A stretch of DNA of 64,000 nucleotides from an uncultured delta proteobacterium (GCA_963817385.1 CAWFOM010000001.1:160001-224000); one strand, 5' to 3'; positions 40,814-50,768 are shown, numbered from the stretch's first letter. Translations and numbers: made by a program. The notes: generated by a model from the letters alone, not told the origin.

Positions 40814-43800
40814 ATGGACTATATCGCCGATCTGCACACCCACTCCCCCTATTCCCGGGCCACCAGCCCCGAGGGAACCCTGAGCGGTCTGGCCGGCTGG
40901 GCGCGGGTCAAGGGAATCCAGGTGATCGGCACCGGCGACTTCACCCATCCCGGCTGGTTTCGGTGCCTCAGGGAGGAGTTGGTGCCGGCCGAACCGGGGC
41001 TGTTCCGGCTGAAGGACGAGGGGGCGATCTGCTCGCCGCTGGCGGGGGTAGCGCCGGCGCCGACCCCGGTGCGGTTTCTGCTCTCGGCCGAGATCAGCAG
41101 CATCTACAAGCGTCACGGCGCGGTGCGCAAAGTCCACAACCTGCTGTACGTGCCCGATTTCGCCTCCGTCGAGCGGCTAAACGCCACCCTGGCGGGTATC
41201 GGCAACATCGAGTCCGACGGCCGCCCGATCCTGGGGCTGGACAGCCGCGATCTGCTGGAGATCATGCTGGAGCAGGCGCCGGACGGTTTCCTGGTGCCGG
41301 CCCACATCTGGACCCCCTGGTTCTCCCTGTTCGGCTCCAGGTCCGGCTTCGACAGCATCGAGGCGTGTTTCGGCGACCTGACGCCCCACGTCTTTGCCCT
41401 GGAGACAGGCCTCTCCTCCGATCCGGACATGAACCGGCTGGTCTCCGGCCTGGACCGTTTCGCCCTGATCTCCAACTCCGACTGCCACTCCCCGGCCAAG
41501 CTTGGACGCGAGGCCAACCTCTTTTCCACGGACCTGGATTTCTTCGCCCTCAAGGAGGCCATCCGCGGCAATCGACGCGATGCCTTCCGGGCAACGGTGG
41601 AATTCTTTCCCGAGGAGGGGAAGTACCACGCCGACGGCCACCGCGCCTGCCGTGTCTGCCTCGACCCCCTGGAGACGCGCAGGCTGGGGCTCGCCTGCCC
41701 GGTCTGCGGCAAGCCGCTGACCGTGGGGGTCTGCCACCGGGTGATGGAGCTGGCCGACCGGGAGAAGCCGCTCTACCGGGAGGACTCGCCCCGGGTCTTC
41801 AGCCTGATACCGCTTCCCGAGGTGCTGGGAGAGATCCTGGGGACGGGACCCGCCTCCAAAAAGGTGACGGAACAGTACGGCCGCACCATCGCCCGGTTCG
41901 GCTCGGAATTCGGCCTGCTCCTCCACACTCCGCCGGACGAGATCCGTCAGGCGTCCGAGATTCTGGGGGAGGCGGTGGAGCGCATGCGCAGCGGCCGGGT
42001 CATCCGCAAGCCCGGTTACGACGGCGAGTACGGCGTGATCCGGGTCTTCGAGGAAGGAGAACTGGCGCGGCTGGCGGGCCAGGGGAGTCTGTTTGGTGAC
42101 GGGCGGCTGGTGCGGCGCGCCCAAAAGAAACAGACCGGGGCCCTGGCATTGCCGGCTTTGGCGGATGACAGAGACAGGATGCCTGATTCCCCGGGAAAAA
42201 CCAACGAGCCCAACCCGGAGCAGGCGGCCGCCATCACCTCCGGCAGCCGCCATATCCTGGTGACCGCCGGTCCCGGGACCGGCAAGACCCACACCCTGAC
42301 GCAGCGGCTGGCGGCCCTCCTGGCAGCAGGCCACGACCCAGGGCGGATGACGGCCATCACCTTCACCGTCAAGGCGGCAGACGAGGTGCGTGAACGGCTG
42401 CTGAATGCGGCCGGACCGGCCGGTGAGCAGGTATTCGTGGGCACCTTTCACCAGTTTTGTCTCGACTGGCTGCGCCGCGCCGCACCCGCCCTCGCGGTGG
42501 TCGGCCCGGACAGCCGCGAGCGTCTCCTCAAGCGCCTCTTTCCGGGGTTGGGCGCAACGGAGCGCAACCACCTCGCCGAGGAGCTCGCCGATCATTTTCG
42601 CCGTCCCGCCCAAGAGGCGGCCGGCGACATCCAACGCTATCTGGACGAACTGCAGCGGCTGGAGGCCATCGATCTGGATGCCGTCATCCCGGAATTTGTC
42701 CGGCGGCTCGAGGCGGATGCCGCTCTCAGGCGGCAGGTCTTGGGCTCCCTGGAGCACCTTTTCGTGGACGAATTCCAGGACCTCAACGTTAGCCAGTTCG
42801 AACTCGTGCGGATCCTGGCTGAGGCTGCCCAAGTCTTTGCCATCGGCGATCCGGACCAGGCCATCTACGGCTTTCGGGGGAGCGACCCCGAGTTTTTCTT
42901 TCGCTTTGCCGAGATGCCCGGCGTGGAGCAGGTGTTCCTGACCCGCAACTACCGCTGCCCCTCCGCGATCATCGCGGCAGCCACGGCGCTCATCAATCAT
43001 AATAGTCGGCATAACAGCCGGCATAACAGCGGGCCGAGCGGTCTGCCGTTCGTTGCCGAATCCGGCCGGCAGGGCGCCATCGAACTGTACAGCGCACCGT
43101 CACAAGCGGCCGAGGCCGAATTCATCGTGCGCCGCATCGAGGAGCTGATGGGCGGGATCGAACATTTTTCCCTCGCTTCCGGCCGGGGCGGCGACGGCGA
43201 GACGGGGCGCGGACTGAGTTTCGGGGACATGGCCGTGCTCTTCAGGCTCGGCAGGCAGGCCGAAGAGATCGCCGCCGCCCTGGAGCGGCGCGGCATCCCC
43301 TGTCAACAGGTGGGAGGCGTGCCGTTTTACCTGGCTCCGGAGGTGCGGCCCGCCTATTATTTCGTACAGGCCGCTGCCGGTTCGGAGGTGATCGCCGACT
43401 GGCTCCGGCTTGCCGGCGGCCTGCCGGGGATCGGGAATGCCAGCATCGAACGGATGGAGGCGTCGCTCCCCCTGACGGGTGATTTCTGGGCCTGCCGCGC
43501 CCTCCCCGGGCTGTCGCAGGCAGTGCGGCGGATACTGACGGAGCTTGACCAGGCGCTTAAGCACTTTCGGGAAACCGCCGCCCGCAACGGCCTGGCTTCT
43601 GCCTTGGCCGAGATGCTGCCGTTTCTCGACGTCGGTCCGGAACTGGCCGGCGCCAAACGGCTGCTGGAGCTGGCCGGCAGTTTCGGTGGCGACCTGGCGG
43701 CCTTCGGCAGCCATCTGCGCCGCTACGCCAATGCCGCGGTCTATGACGAGCGCGCCGAGGCCGTGGCCCTGATGACCCTGCATGCCGCCAAGGGACTGGA

Positions 43801-44089
43801 GTTTCCGGTGGTCTTTCTGGCCGGCGCGGAAGAGGGGCTCCTTCCTTGTTCGCTCTGGAACGATGTGAATCTGGAAGAGGAGCGGCGGCTCTTTTACGTC
43901 GGCCTCACCCGCGCCAGGGAGCGGGTGCTCCTGACCGCTTCCGAGAACCGTCCCTGGGCCGGTCCTTCACCCCGCCGGCTTTCGCCCTTTATTGGCGAGA
44001 TACCGGCGCGACTGCTGTCGGCTGCCGCTGCCACTCCGTTCAGAAAGGCGAAAGGACGGAAGGGATCGGAGCAGATGGAGCTGTTTTAG
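40814..44089 (+). CDS. Endonuclease Q-like PHP domain fused to a UvrD/PcrA-family helicase
   Basis: ADLHTHSPYSRATS, GTGDFTHP, ETGLSSDP, SNSDCHS, CxxC/CxxC; AGPGTGKT, VDEFQD, GDPDQAIYGFRG, TLHAAKGLEF, EERRLFYVGLTRA. Confidence 0.92.
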   Translation: MDYIADLHTHSPYSRATSPEGTLSGLAGWARVKGIQVIGTGDFTHPGWFRCLREELVPAEPGLFRLKDEGAICSPLAGVAPAPTPVRFLLSAEISSIYKRHGAVRKVHNLLYVPDFASVERLNATLAGIGNIESDGRPILGLDSRDLLEIMLEQAPDGFLVPAHIWTPWFSLFGSRSGFDSIEACFGDLTPHVFALETGLSSDPDMNRLVSGLDRFALISNSDCHSPAKLGREANLFSTDLDFFALKEAIRGNRRDAFRATVEFFPEEGKYHADGHRACRVCLDPLETRRLGLACPVCGKPLTVGVCHRVMELADREKPLYREDSPRVFSLIPLPEVLGEILGTGPASKKVTEQYGRTIARFGSEFGLLLHTPPDEIRQASEILGEAVERMRSGRVIRKPGYDGEYGVIRVFEEGELARLAGQGSLFGDGRLVRRAQKKQTGALALPALADDRDRMPDSPGKTNEPNPEQAAAITSGSRHILVTAGPGTGKTHTLTQRLAALLAAGHDPGRMTAITFTVKAADEVRERLLNAAGPAGEQVFVGTFHQFCLDWLRRAAPALAVVGPDSRERLLKRLFPGLGATERNHLAEELADHFRRPAQEAAGDIQRYLDELQRLEAIDLDAVIPEFVRRLEADAALRRQVLGSLEHLFVDEFQDLNVSQFELVRILAEAAQVFAIGDPDQAIYGFRGSDPEFFFRFAEMPGVEQVFLTRNYRCPSAIIAAATALINHNSRHNSRHNSGPSGLPFVAESGRQGAIELYSAPSQAAEAEFIVRRIEELMGGIEHFSLASGRGGDGETGRGLSFGDMAVLFRLGRQAEEIAAALERRGIPCQQVGGVPFYLAPEVRPAYYFVQAAAGSEVIADWLRLAGGLPGIGNASIERMEASLPLTGDFWACRALPGLSQAVRRILTELDQALKHFRETAARNGLASALAEMLPFLDVGPELAGAKRLLELAGSFGGDLAAFGSHLRRYANAAVYDERAEAVALMTLHAAKGLEFPVVFLAGAEEGLLPCSLWNDVNLEEERRLFYVGLTRARERVLLTASENRPWAGPSPRRLSPFIGEIPARLLSAAAATPFRKAKGRKGSEQMELF

Positions 44090-44214
44090 TTGCATGCCGG
44101 GGAAACGTTTACACCAATATGTGTAAACTTCAAGACTCGGGACGAGCCTGATCGCATCGAAGGTTCCATGTGGGTTGAGCTGGAGCGCGTCAGTACGTCC
44201 GGTGGATGCGGTTA

Positions 44215-44550
44215 TTACGCAATGATTTCATTCAGCCCTTCGATCACTTGAGTCAACTCTGTCGGAGATGCTTTGCCAATAACCTTTCCGATTCTCTTTA
44301 TGGACAGTGTTCGGATTTGGCTGATCTTGATCCATGATTTCTTCGGCAAATTGGCAGATTTCAATTCAAGAGTCAGTGGAAACCCGGCCTTTTGTAGCTG
44401 ACTGGTAATGGCCACCGCTATGACTGTACCTGAACGTTCATTAAATATATCGTGACTCAAGATCATAACAGGACGCAATCCCGCCTGTTCATGGCCTCGT
44501 ACGGGGTTCAAGTCGGCCCATCGAATCTCGCCTCTTAGTATTCCGGCCAT
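44215..44550 (-). CDS. mazF: MazF/PemK-family toxin
   Basis: RGEIRWADLNPVRGHEQAGLRPV, SQIRTLS. Confidence 0.9.
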   Translation of the reverse strand: MAGILRGEIRWADLNPVRGHEQAGLRPVMILSHDIFNERSGTVIAVAITSQLQKAGFPLTLELKSANLPKKSWIKISQIRTLSIKRIGKVIGKASPTELTQVIEGLNEIIA

Positions 44551-44777
44551 TGACTCACATCCTCAGCTAATCCTTCTTCCGCCATAGCTTTTTCAAATGC
44601 AGGATCGAGTTTGGCGCATTCCATCGATAATCGGTTGCGCTTCATTCGGGCGAGTTTTTCACCTACAGCATCCTGGATCGCCTGGCTACGATTTTGAAAA
44701 TAATGTTCTCCGATTAGCCTGTCTAATTCACCGATAAATTCTTCGTCCAATGTAATCGCAATCTTTGCCTTACCCAT
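44535..44777 (-). CDS. Ribbon-helix-helix antitoxin
   Basis: KIAITLD...NRSQAIQDAV; overlaps the toxin. Confidence 0.88.
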   Translation of the reverse strand: MGKAKIAITLDEEFIGELDRLIGEHYFQNRSQAIQDAVGEKLARMKRNRLSMECAKLDPAFEKAMAEEGLAEDVSQWPEY

Positions 44778-44791
44778 ATGCAGCCTCCTTT

Positions 44792-44820
44792 TTCTGGTAT
44801 TACATTATATCATACCAGAA
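44792..44820 (-). promoter_or_regulatory. TA promoter/operator
   Basis: Extended -10 TGnTATAAT inside the inverted repeat TTCTGGTAT/ATACCAGAA. Confidence 0.7.
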
Positions 44821-44853
44821 TCAAGGCAATCAATTTTTCTTTTTATACTTTTG

Positions 44854-44925
44854 GCGTAACGCCACAGCTCAGTCGCGCGAAAAGCGCGCAGCGATTTTTG
44901 CGTCGGCTGGAACTGATTGATAGCT
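44854..44925 (-). other. attC site
   Basis: AGCTATC...CAGCCGACGCAAAA...TTTTCGCGCGACTGAGCTG...GTTACGC, 72 bp. Confidence 0.75.
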
Positions 44926-45478
44926 TTATATTTTTGTGGCATTAAATCGTGCTTCTGCCTCTTGAAACAGAGATTTGACCTTATCTATATCCCATGGCCG
45001 TTCGATTAATGTCTCGTGATCCCATTCGCTTCTCGGTTCATCCGGCTCAAAAAAGTCACCGCCATAAACATGTATTGCACACGTCATTTTGCCAATTGGA
45101 TTATATACAGAATGGATAATGTCGCGACCGAGTGTAGTTACGTCGCCGACTCCTAGAGATTTGGCTCCTGCTGCCTCAATGGTCGTTTCTGTTCGTCGCC
45201 AAAAAATGTTGTCTTCTCTGCCAGAATATATACCGACAACTGCAAACATCTGGTGATTGTGTGGCATGAGAATCATGTACGGTGCCCAGACGTGGTGCAT
45301 GATGGTTTAGATCAGGCGATCTATATATTGGTGTAATACCTGCATGTTCCGGCACACCAAGCACAGACATCACCCCCATGCTATCGGAAACCGCTTCTGC
45401 CACAAGTTCGCGGATTGCCCCCTGACCCTCAGCGAGTGAATTCATACAGTCTTGGATAAAACGATCCTTATCGAACAT
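44926..45478 (-). CDS. Cysteine-dioxygenase-like cupin (cassette), frameshift near 45305
   Basis: WAPYMILMPHNH, GREDN, IIHSVYNP, AIHVYGGDF. Confidence 0.75.
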
Positions 45479-45509
45479 GATTATATGCTCCTCCTCTCTT
45501 GGTTTATGG

Positions 45510-45572
45510 AGCAAACGTGGAGCGCAGGGATTGCGCGCTTTTGCGCAGTCCCGCTTGACCGCAATGTTAGCC
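45510..45572 (-). other. attC site
   Basis: GGCTAAC...GGGACTGCGCAAAAGCGCGCAATCCC...GTTTGCT, 63 bp. Confidence 0.85.
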
Positions 45573-45573
45573 A

Positions 45574-46182
45574 TCATTGCATTGGCTGCCTAATGATGGT
45601 TTTCCATTTCGATGGGTCAGCTTTCCGAATATCACTCAAGTAAACTTCGTGATGTTTCCCAGTCCGTTTGCTCTTAGAGTCAATGAACTGATGCACCTTC
45701 TCAATCGTCGGCCCTTCTTCGGAGAATGGGCCAATATGCAGAATTTGTGCGCACCTGCCTTCAGAAAAGGCCTCCAAGCGTAGTTTGGAAATAGCTGGTG
45801 TATTCTTTTTCTTTTTTACATCGGCAATCGCACTGTCGATGATTTCCGGTGTGACAAAGGAGGGCTGCATAACCATCATTGTCCATTTCCAGTTGGACTT
45901 GTCAGTGGTTGTAAACCTCGACATATCGTCAGCCCACCATAGACCTTCCAAGGGCATGACCCCATAGTCAACTGCCGACGCCCCCTTTTTGACCATGAAC
46001 TTGATGGCATACGAAACGGTGAACAAGGCTTCAACGGCATCGGAATATGCCTGCGAGGTGTTGGGATCGCCCTCACCGTCCACCATCAAGTAGTTCATCG
46101 TTGGGACATCAACCTGAACAACCTCTTTGGCCGAAGGTTGATACAGATGCTTCAATTCCTTTTTGAGATCAACTTTCTCCAT
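45574..46182 (-). CDS. GyrI-like small-molecule-binding protein (cassette)
   Basis: DLKKELKHLY, GEGDPN, PLEGLWW, HIGPFSEE, HHEVYLSD, KTIIRQP. Confidence 0.88.
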   Translation of the reverse strand: MEKVDLKKELKHLYQPSAKEVVQVDVPTMNYLMVDGEGDPNTSQAYSDAVEALFTVSYAIKFMVKKGASAVDYGVMPLEGLWWADDMSRFTTTDKSNWKWTMMVMQPSFVTPEIIDSAIADVKKKKNTPAISKLRLEAFSEGRCAQILHIGPFSEEGPTIEKVHQFIDSKSKRTGKHHEVYLSDIRKADPSKWKTIIRQPMQ

Positions 46183-46198
46183 GGATACTCCCGATGCT

Positions 46199-46271
46199 GG
46201 CTAACGCTCAGGCTGAGCTGCGGGGCCCCATGATCGCCCGCAGGGCAGCCGTCAGCTCCAGCCTGTTAGAC
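46199..46271 (-). other. attC site
   Basis: GTCTAAC-AGGCTGGAGCTGAC...GCAGCTCAGCCTGAGC-GTTAGCC, 73 bp. Confidence 0.88.
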
Positions 46272-46279
46272 CGCATCTG

Positions 46280-46753
46280 TCATAATGGTTTAATAACCAT
46301 TATAAATACGTTGATCATTGGTAATACTGTGGCCAAAATCCCAAATGCGATCCAGATCCGACCAAGGCGCCAATATGATCCCGGAATAGTCCCGCTGGCA
46401 CCGAATTCCCGCGCCATGCGGGCCTGCTTTATCTGGATTGGAATCAAGACCGCAACCCAAATGATGCCGGATGCAATAAACAAATACATGCCCCATGCCG
46501 TCCACTGAACTTGCCAATAATCGATTTGATGGAGAACGGCATTGCCAATACCCGTAGCGAGAATTGCGATTGCTCCGCCTGCCGTGAATATGAAATCCGT
46601 CAATGTCACCTGGCGTTGGGCGAAAGCAACCGTCCCTGGGTTCCGGGTTTTATCGGCCATCACCTTCCACCACCCAGTCACAATGATGTTCCCGAGGAAC
46701 ACACTTGCGGCCAAGACATGCAGACTCTTCAGTATCAGGTATGTATCGTACAT
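46280..46753 (-). CDS. DUF2269-type membrane protein (first cassette of array 2)
   Basis: LKSLHVL, TDFIFT, C-terminal MVIKP; 4 TM segments. Confidence 0.75.
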   Translation of the reverse strand: MYDTYLILKSLHVLAASVFLGNIIVTGWWKVMADKTRNPGTVAFAQRQVTLTDFIFTAGGAIAILATGIGNAVLHQIDYWQVQWTAWGMYLFIASGIIWVAVLIPIQIKQARMAREFGASGTIPGSYWRLGRIWIAFGILATVLPMINVFIMVIKPL

Positions 46754-46789
46754 TCCCCTTTCCTCATTGCCTTTATATATTCATTGACG

Positions 46790-46818
46790 GTCTAACGTCG
46801 TATATGGTTTCCCGATAA
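46790..46818 (-). other. attI-like site of array 2
   Basis: GTTATCGGGAAACCATATACGAC-GTTAGAC; resembles 38119-38150; core complementary to R'' GTCTAAC. Confidence 0.6.
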
Positions 46819-46929
46819 CAACACCCTCACCATTTGCGAGTTTCGGTTTCGGGCGATCCGGAACACCGGCAGATAGGGAGCTGACGGTCCTCCCTGGCGG
46901 GCGACTGTTCCGATTGGATCTCACTATCC

Positions 46930-47036
46930 TGAGTGGCGCTTTCGTCCCGGTCATTCCACGGCCCCCGAATTGGTGAAGCGTGCGGAAAGAAACCTGCGAA
47001 CCCGTGACGGCGGGATGCCGTCAACCGAAAAGCGCT
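46930..47036 (-). ncRNA. Candidate structured RNA, copy B
   Basis: Shares identical 24-nt and 14-nt blocks with copy A; same predicted three-stem fold. Confidence 0.5.
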
Positions 47037-47039
47037 TTC

Positions 47040-47133
47040 AATTAACCACCGCCACCTTCAATTGTCAATGATTTTCATAGGTCCTGCCGACCGGGGCTTT
47101 TCGTTTGACTCGGGACGGCCATTCCGCTATAGC
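47040..47133. promoter_or_regulatory. Divergent sigma70 promoter pair, copy B
   Basis: Minus: TTGACA(47063-68)-N17-TTAATT; plus: TTGACT(47105-10)-N17-TATAGC. Confidence 0.6.
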
Positions 47134-47226
47134 CTATACGTATCCACTGCACCGATACGCGAACCGGGGAACGGATCTCGGAGAAGCCCCGGCTTCTTTT
47201 CCCGAGCGCTTACGGAGGCATAGATC

Positions 47227-47845
47227 ATGAATCACCAATTCGCGAAACCTGGAAACGATTATTTCCGACCGCGTCGTCGGGTGCGTACCTCTTTCCCGAA
47301 TTTGAGGAGCGGGCGAAGACCGTCTCCGCCGAGGTGTTCCGCTGCACCACGGCCACGGACGCTCGGGAGGCCCTCATCCGGCTTGTCGAGCCCGCCCGGG
47401 TAAAGAAGGCGGTCGTCGTCGAGAGCCCCCTCCAGATGGCGGCGGGCGTCACGGAGGCTCTCCGCACCGTGGGTGTGAGCTGTCTTACACGAAGCCGGAA
47501 GAGATCGCCGCGCACGCGGACACCGCCGACATCGGGATCTCGGGCGTCGAGTTCGGGATCGCCGAGACGGGGAGCGTGTTCCAGGAGGGCACCGCGATCG
47601 CGACCCGCCTGGTCACGATCCTCCCGCCGCTCCATGTCGTCTTTCTCCCCAGCGCGAACATCGTCCCCGGAATCACGGAGGCCTTCGAGATCATCGCCCA
47701 AAACTTCGACCGCGGCTATATCGGCTTCATCACCGGCCCCAGCCGGACCGCCGACATCGAGCGGGTGCTGACCATCGGCGTCCACGGGCCGAGCCGGTTC
47801 GCCATCATCGCCATCGATGAGGAGCCGACGGGAGGTGACGCCTGA
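47227..47845 (+). CDS. lutC: LutC/LUD-domain lactate utilisation protein (frameshifted)
   Basis: GIAETG, LPPLHV, ITGPSRTADIERVLTIGVHGP. Confidence 0.8.
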
Positions 47846-50015
47846 TGGAAACCGATGCGAGAAACCTCCGGGAAGAGATATCAGAAAAGCTGAAGGATGA
47901 GACCCTCCGCGGCGCCCTGGGGCGTTTCGCCGAGGTCTACCCCGAGGCCCGGGCCACGGCGTACGCGAACGCGGGCGACATCGAGACCCTCCGCGAGGCA
48001 GTGAAACGGATGAAGATCGACACCGTCGAGCAGATCGAGGCGGTGGCCGACCGCTTCGAGACGGAGGCGATGAAGCGCGGGGTGAAGGTATTCCGGGCGA
48101 AGGACGGCGACGACCTCAAGGCATACCTCGTCAACCTCTGCAAGGAAAAAGGGGTGAAGAGGATCGTCAAATCGAAGTCGATGGCCTCGGAGGAGGTCCA
48201 CCTGAACCCCCACCTCGAGGCCGCCGGGATCACCGTCACCGAGACGGACCTGGGCGAGTGGATCGTCGCCCTGGCCCACCAGAGGCCCTCCCACATGGTC
48301 ATACCCGCCATCCATCTGAACCGCTTCCAGGTGGCCGAGTACTTCTCGAAGGAGCTCAAGGAGGAGATCCCGCCCGACATCGCCATGATGGTCCAGGCGG
48401 CGCGCAAGGAGCTCCGGGAGAAGTTTCTCCGGGCGGACATGGGGATCTCCGGCGCCAACTTCGGGATCGCCGAAAACGGGGCCATCGGCTTGGTCACGAA
48501 TGAGGGGAACGCCCGGATGGTGACCACCCTCCCACGGATCCACGTGGTGATCATGGGCTACGAGAAGCTGATCCCCACGATCAGGGACGCGGCGACGATC
48601 CTCAAGGTCCTCCCCCGGAGCGCCACCTGCCAGCTCATGACGAGCTACACGACGATGATCTCCGGCCCCACGCCGGTCATGGTGAAGAAGGACGGGAAGT
48701 GGGTCGAGGAGGAAAAGGAGATGCACATCATCCTCCTCGACAACGGCCGGCTCCGGGCTGCGCATGACGACAAGTTCAAGGAGGTCTTCCAGTGCGTCCG
48801 CTGCGCCTCCTGCCTGAACGTCTGCCCGGTCTACACGCTGATCGGCGGGCACGTCTACGGCCACATCTACGCGGGCGGGATCGGGGCGATCCTCACCGCC
48901 TTCCTCCACGGGATGGGGGAGTTCGAGAAGTTCCACGAGCTCTGCATCGGCTGCCGCCGCTGCACGACGGTCTGTCCCGGGAAGATCGACATCCCCGGCC
49001 TCATCGAGGAGCTCCGCATCCGGAACGTGAAGGAGAAGGGGCTCCCCTTCGTCATCCGGCAGGTCTTCGAGAACGTGATCGCCAACCGGAAGCTCTTCCA
49101 TTCGCTCCTGCGGCTCGCCGCGGTCGGCCAGAAGCCCTTCCAGGAAGGAAGGCTGATCCGCCACCTGCCGCTTTTCCTGGCGGGACTGGCGAAGGACCGG
49201 AGCCTTCCGGCGATCGCCGAGCCGAGCCGCTCCGCGACCGGATCGGGCGGATCACGAAAAAGATCGCCAAGCCGGATAAACGGGTTGCGTTCTTCGGCGG
49301 CTGCACGATCGATTTCGTCTTCCCCGAGACGGGGGAGTCGGTCTTCACGGTACTCCAGGATCTGAACATGGAGGTGCTCTTCCCCGAGGGGCAGGGCTGC
49401 TGCGGAAAGCCCGTGATCGCGATGGGTGACGTGGAGACGACGAAGAAGATCGCCATCGACAACATCAAGGCGCTGGAGGAGATGAATCCCGACGTGATCA
49501 TCGCCGCCTGCCCCACCTGCACCGAGTCTCTCGGGCATTACGCGGAGCTCCTGAAGGAGGACCCGGAGTGGGGGCCGAAGGCCGAGGCGATGGCGAAGAA
49601 GGTCCGGGAGTTCTGCAGCTTCGTCGCCGAGGAGTACGCGAAGCGCGGCCGGCTGACGAAGGCCGCGGGGGGGCCGAAGGTGACCTACCACGACTCCTGC
49701 CACATGAAGCGGGTCCTGATGATCGACAAGGAGCCCCGGCAGCTCCTGGAGGCCGCCGGCTGCGAGCTCGTCGAGATGAAGGACGCGGACAAGTGCTGCG
49801 GGATGTCGGGGCTCTTCGGGGTGAAGTACGCCGAGCTCTCGATGCCGATCCTGGAGCAGAAGATCGCAAACATCAAGGAGACGGGCGCGGCGATCGCCGC
49901 CTGCGCCTGCTCCGGCTGCATGGTCCAGATCCAGGGCGGCCTCGACAAACAGCTCCCCGGCGTGAAGATGAAGCACGTCGCGGACATCCTCGCGGAGAAG
50001 ATAAGGAAGCAATGA
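47845..50015 (+). CDS. LutB-LutA fusion (LUD + 4Fe-4S + CCG domains; LdhH-like lactate dehydrogenase subunit), frameshift near 49225
   Basis: KSKSMASEE, ETDLGE, TNEGN, CVRCASCLNVCP, CIGCRRCTTVCP; then GCCG, YHDSCH, KCCG. Confidence 0.85.
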
Positions 50016-50075
50016 AATCGGGGGAGAGGGGCGACGCCCCCATCCTCAGGACGCGACAGGTTACCGCCGGAAGGG

Positions 50076-50768
50076 CTACTCTTTCGGCACCGGGACCTTC
50101 AGCGACCGGTAGTAGCTGTCGAAGGTGTAGATCGCGGCCAGCGGATTGTTCCCCAGGAGGCGGTCCTTGACGGCAAAGACCGTGCAGGGGGCCTCGGCGT
50201 ATTTCAGAAATAGGGAGTCGTGGCCCACGCAGAGGCCCATCATGACGTTGAACTCGGTCTTCTCCTCGTTGAAGAGATACGCCTGCGCGATGGGGTTGCA
50301 CATCGACTCGAAGCAGCCGATCTTGATCTTTTGATCGTCCCGGACCCCGATTGTCTCCTTCGGCACGCGGCCCATCTTGCAGAGCCCCGAGACGACCGTA
50401 AAGCCGTTCACGGCGAGGATCTTCTCCACCACTTTGGCCTCACTGCGGAGCCCCATGCAGAAGACGAGACCGATCTTTTCGTACTTCATCTTCCCGGCGA
50501 ACTCGACGATCTCGAGGATCCGGGGCTTCAGGGGCCGCGCCTGGGCGTAGCCGAGCTCCTTGTCCGTGTACCCCTCCCCCTCCTGGACCGACGCCTGCCG
50601 GGCAAATTCCAGGATCTCCGGCTTCTTCAGCTCTTCGAGCGCCCTGGCGATAACGGCCTCTCTATTCACCGTGGGGCAGAAGGGGGGCGCCTTTCCCTCT
50701 TCGTTCTGGCAGATCCGCCCCTGCGGTTCAAACGGGCAGCGCGCGCACCCGGGTAGCTCTTGATCCAT
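50076..50768 (-). CDS. DUF1847 family metal-binding protein
   Basis: IGLVFCMGL, CK, MCNPIAQA, GLCVGHDSLF, VKDR. Confidence 0.85.
   Translation of the reverse strand: MDQELPGCARCPFEPQGRICQNEEGKAPPFCPTVNREAVIARALEELKKPEILEFARQASVQEGEGYTDKELGYAQARPLKPRILEIVEFAGKMKYEKIGLVFCMGLRSEAKVVEKILAVNGFTVVSGLCKMGRVPKETIGVRDDQKIKIGCFESMCNPIAQAYLFNEEKTEFNVMMGLCVGHDSLFLKYAEAPCTVFAVKDRLLGNNPLAAIYTFDSYYRSLKVPVPKE

Larger units (their letters stand above)
44196..46796 (-). mobile_element. Integron gene-cassette array 2 (4 cassettes, no integrase)
   Basis: Three full attC sites, a terminal half attC (44196-44220), an attI-like opening, and matching R'/R'' cores. Confidence 0.88.

Noticed and set aside
27312..46271. 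Spaced palindromes as a CRISPR array
   Set aside because: Repeats are non-identical, separated by whole genes and have attC architecture; no cas genes
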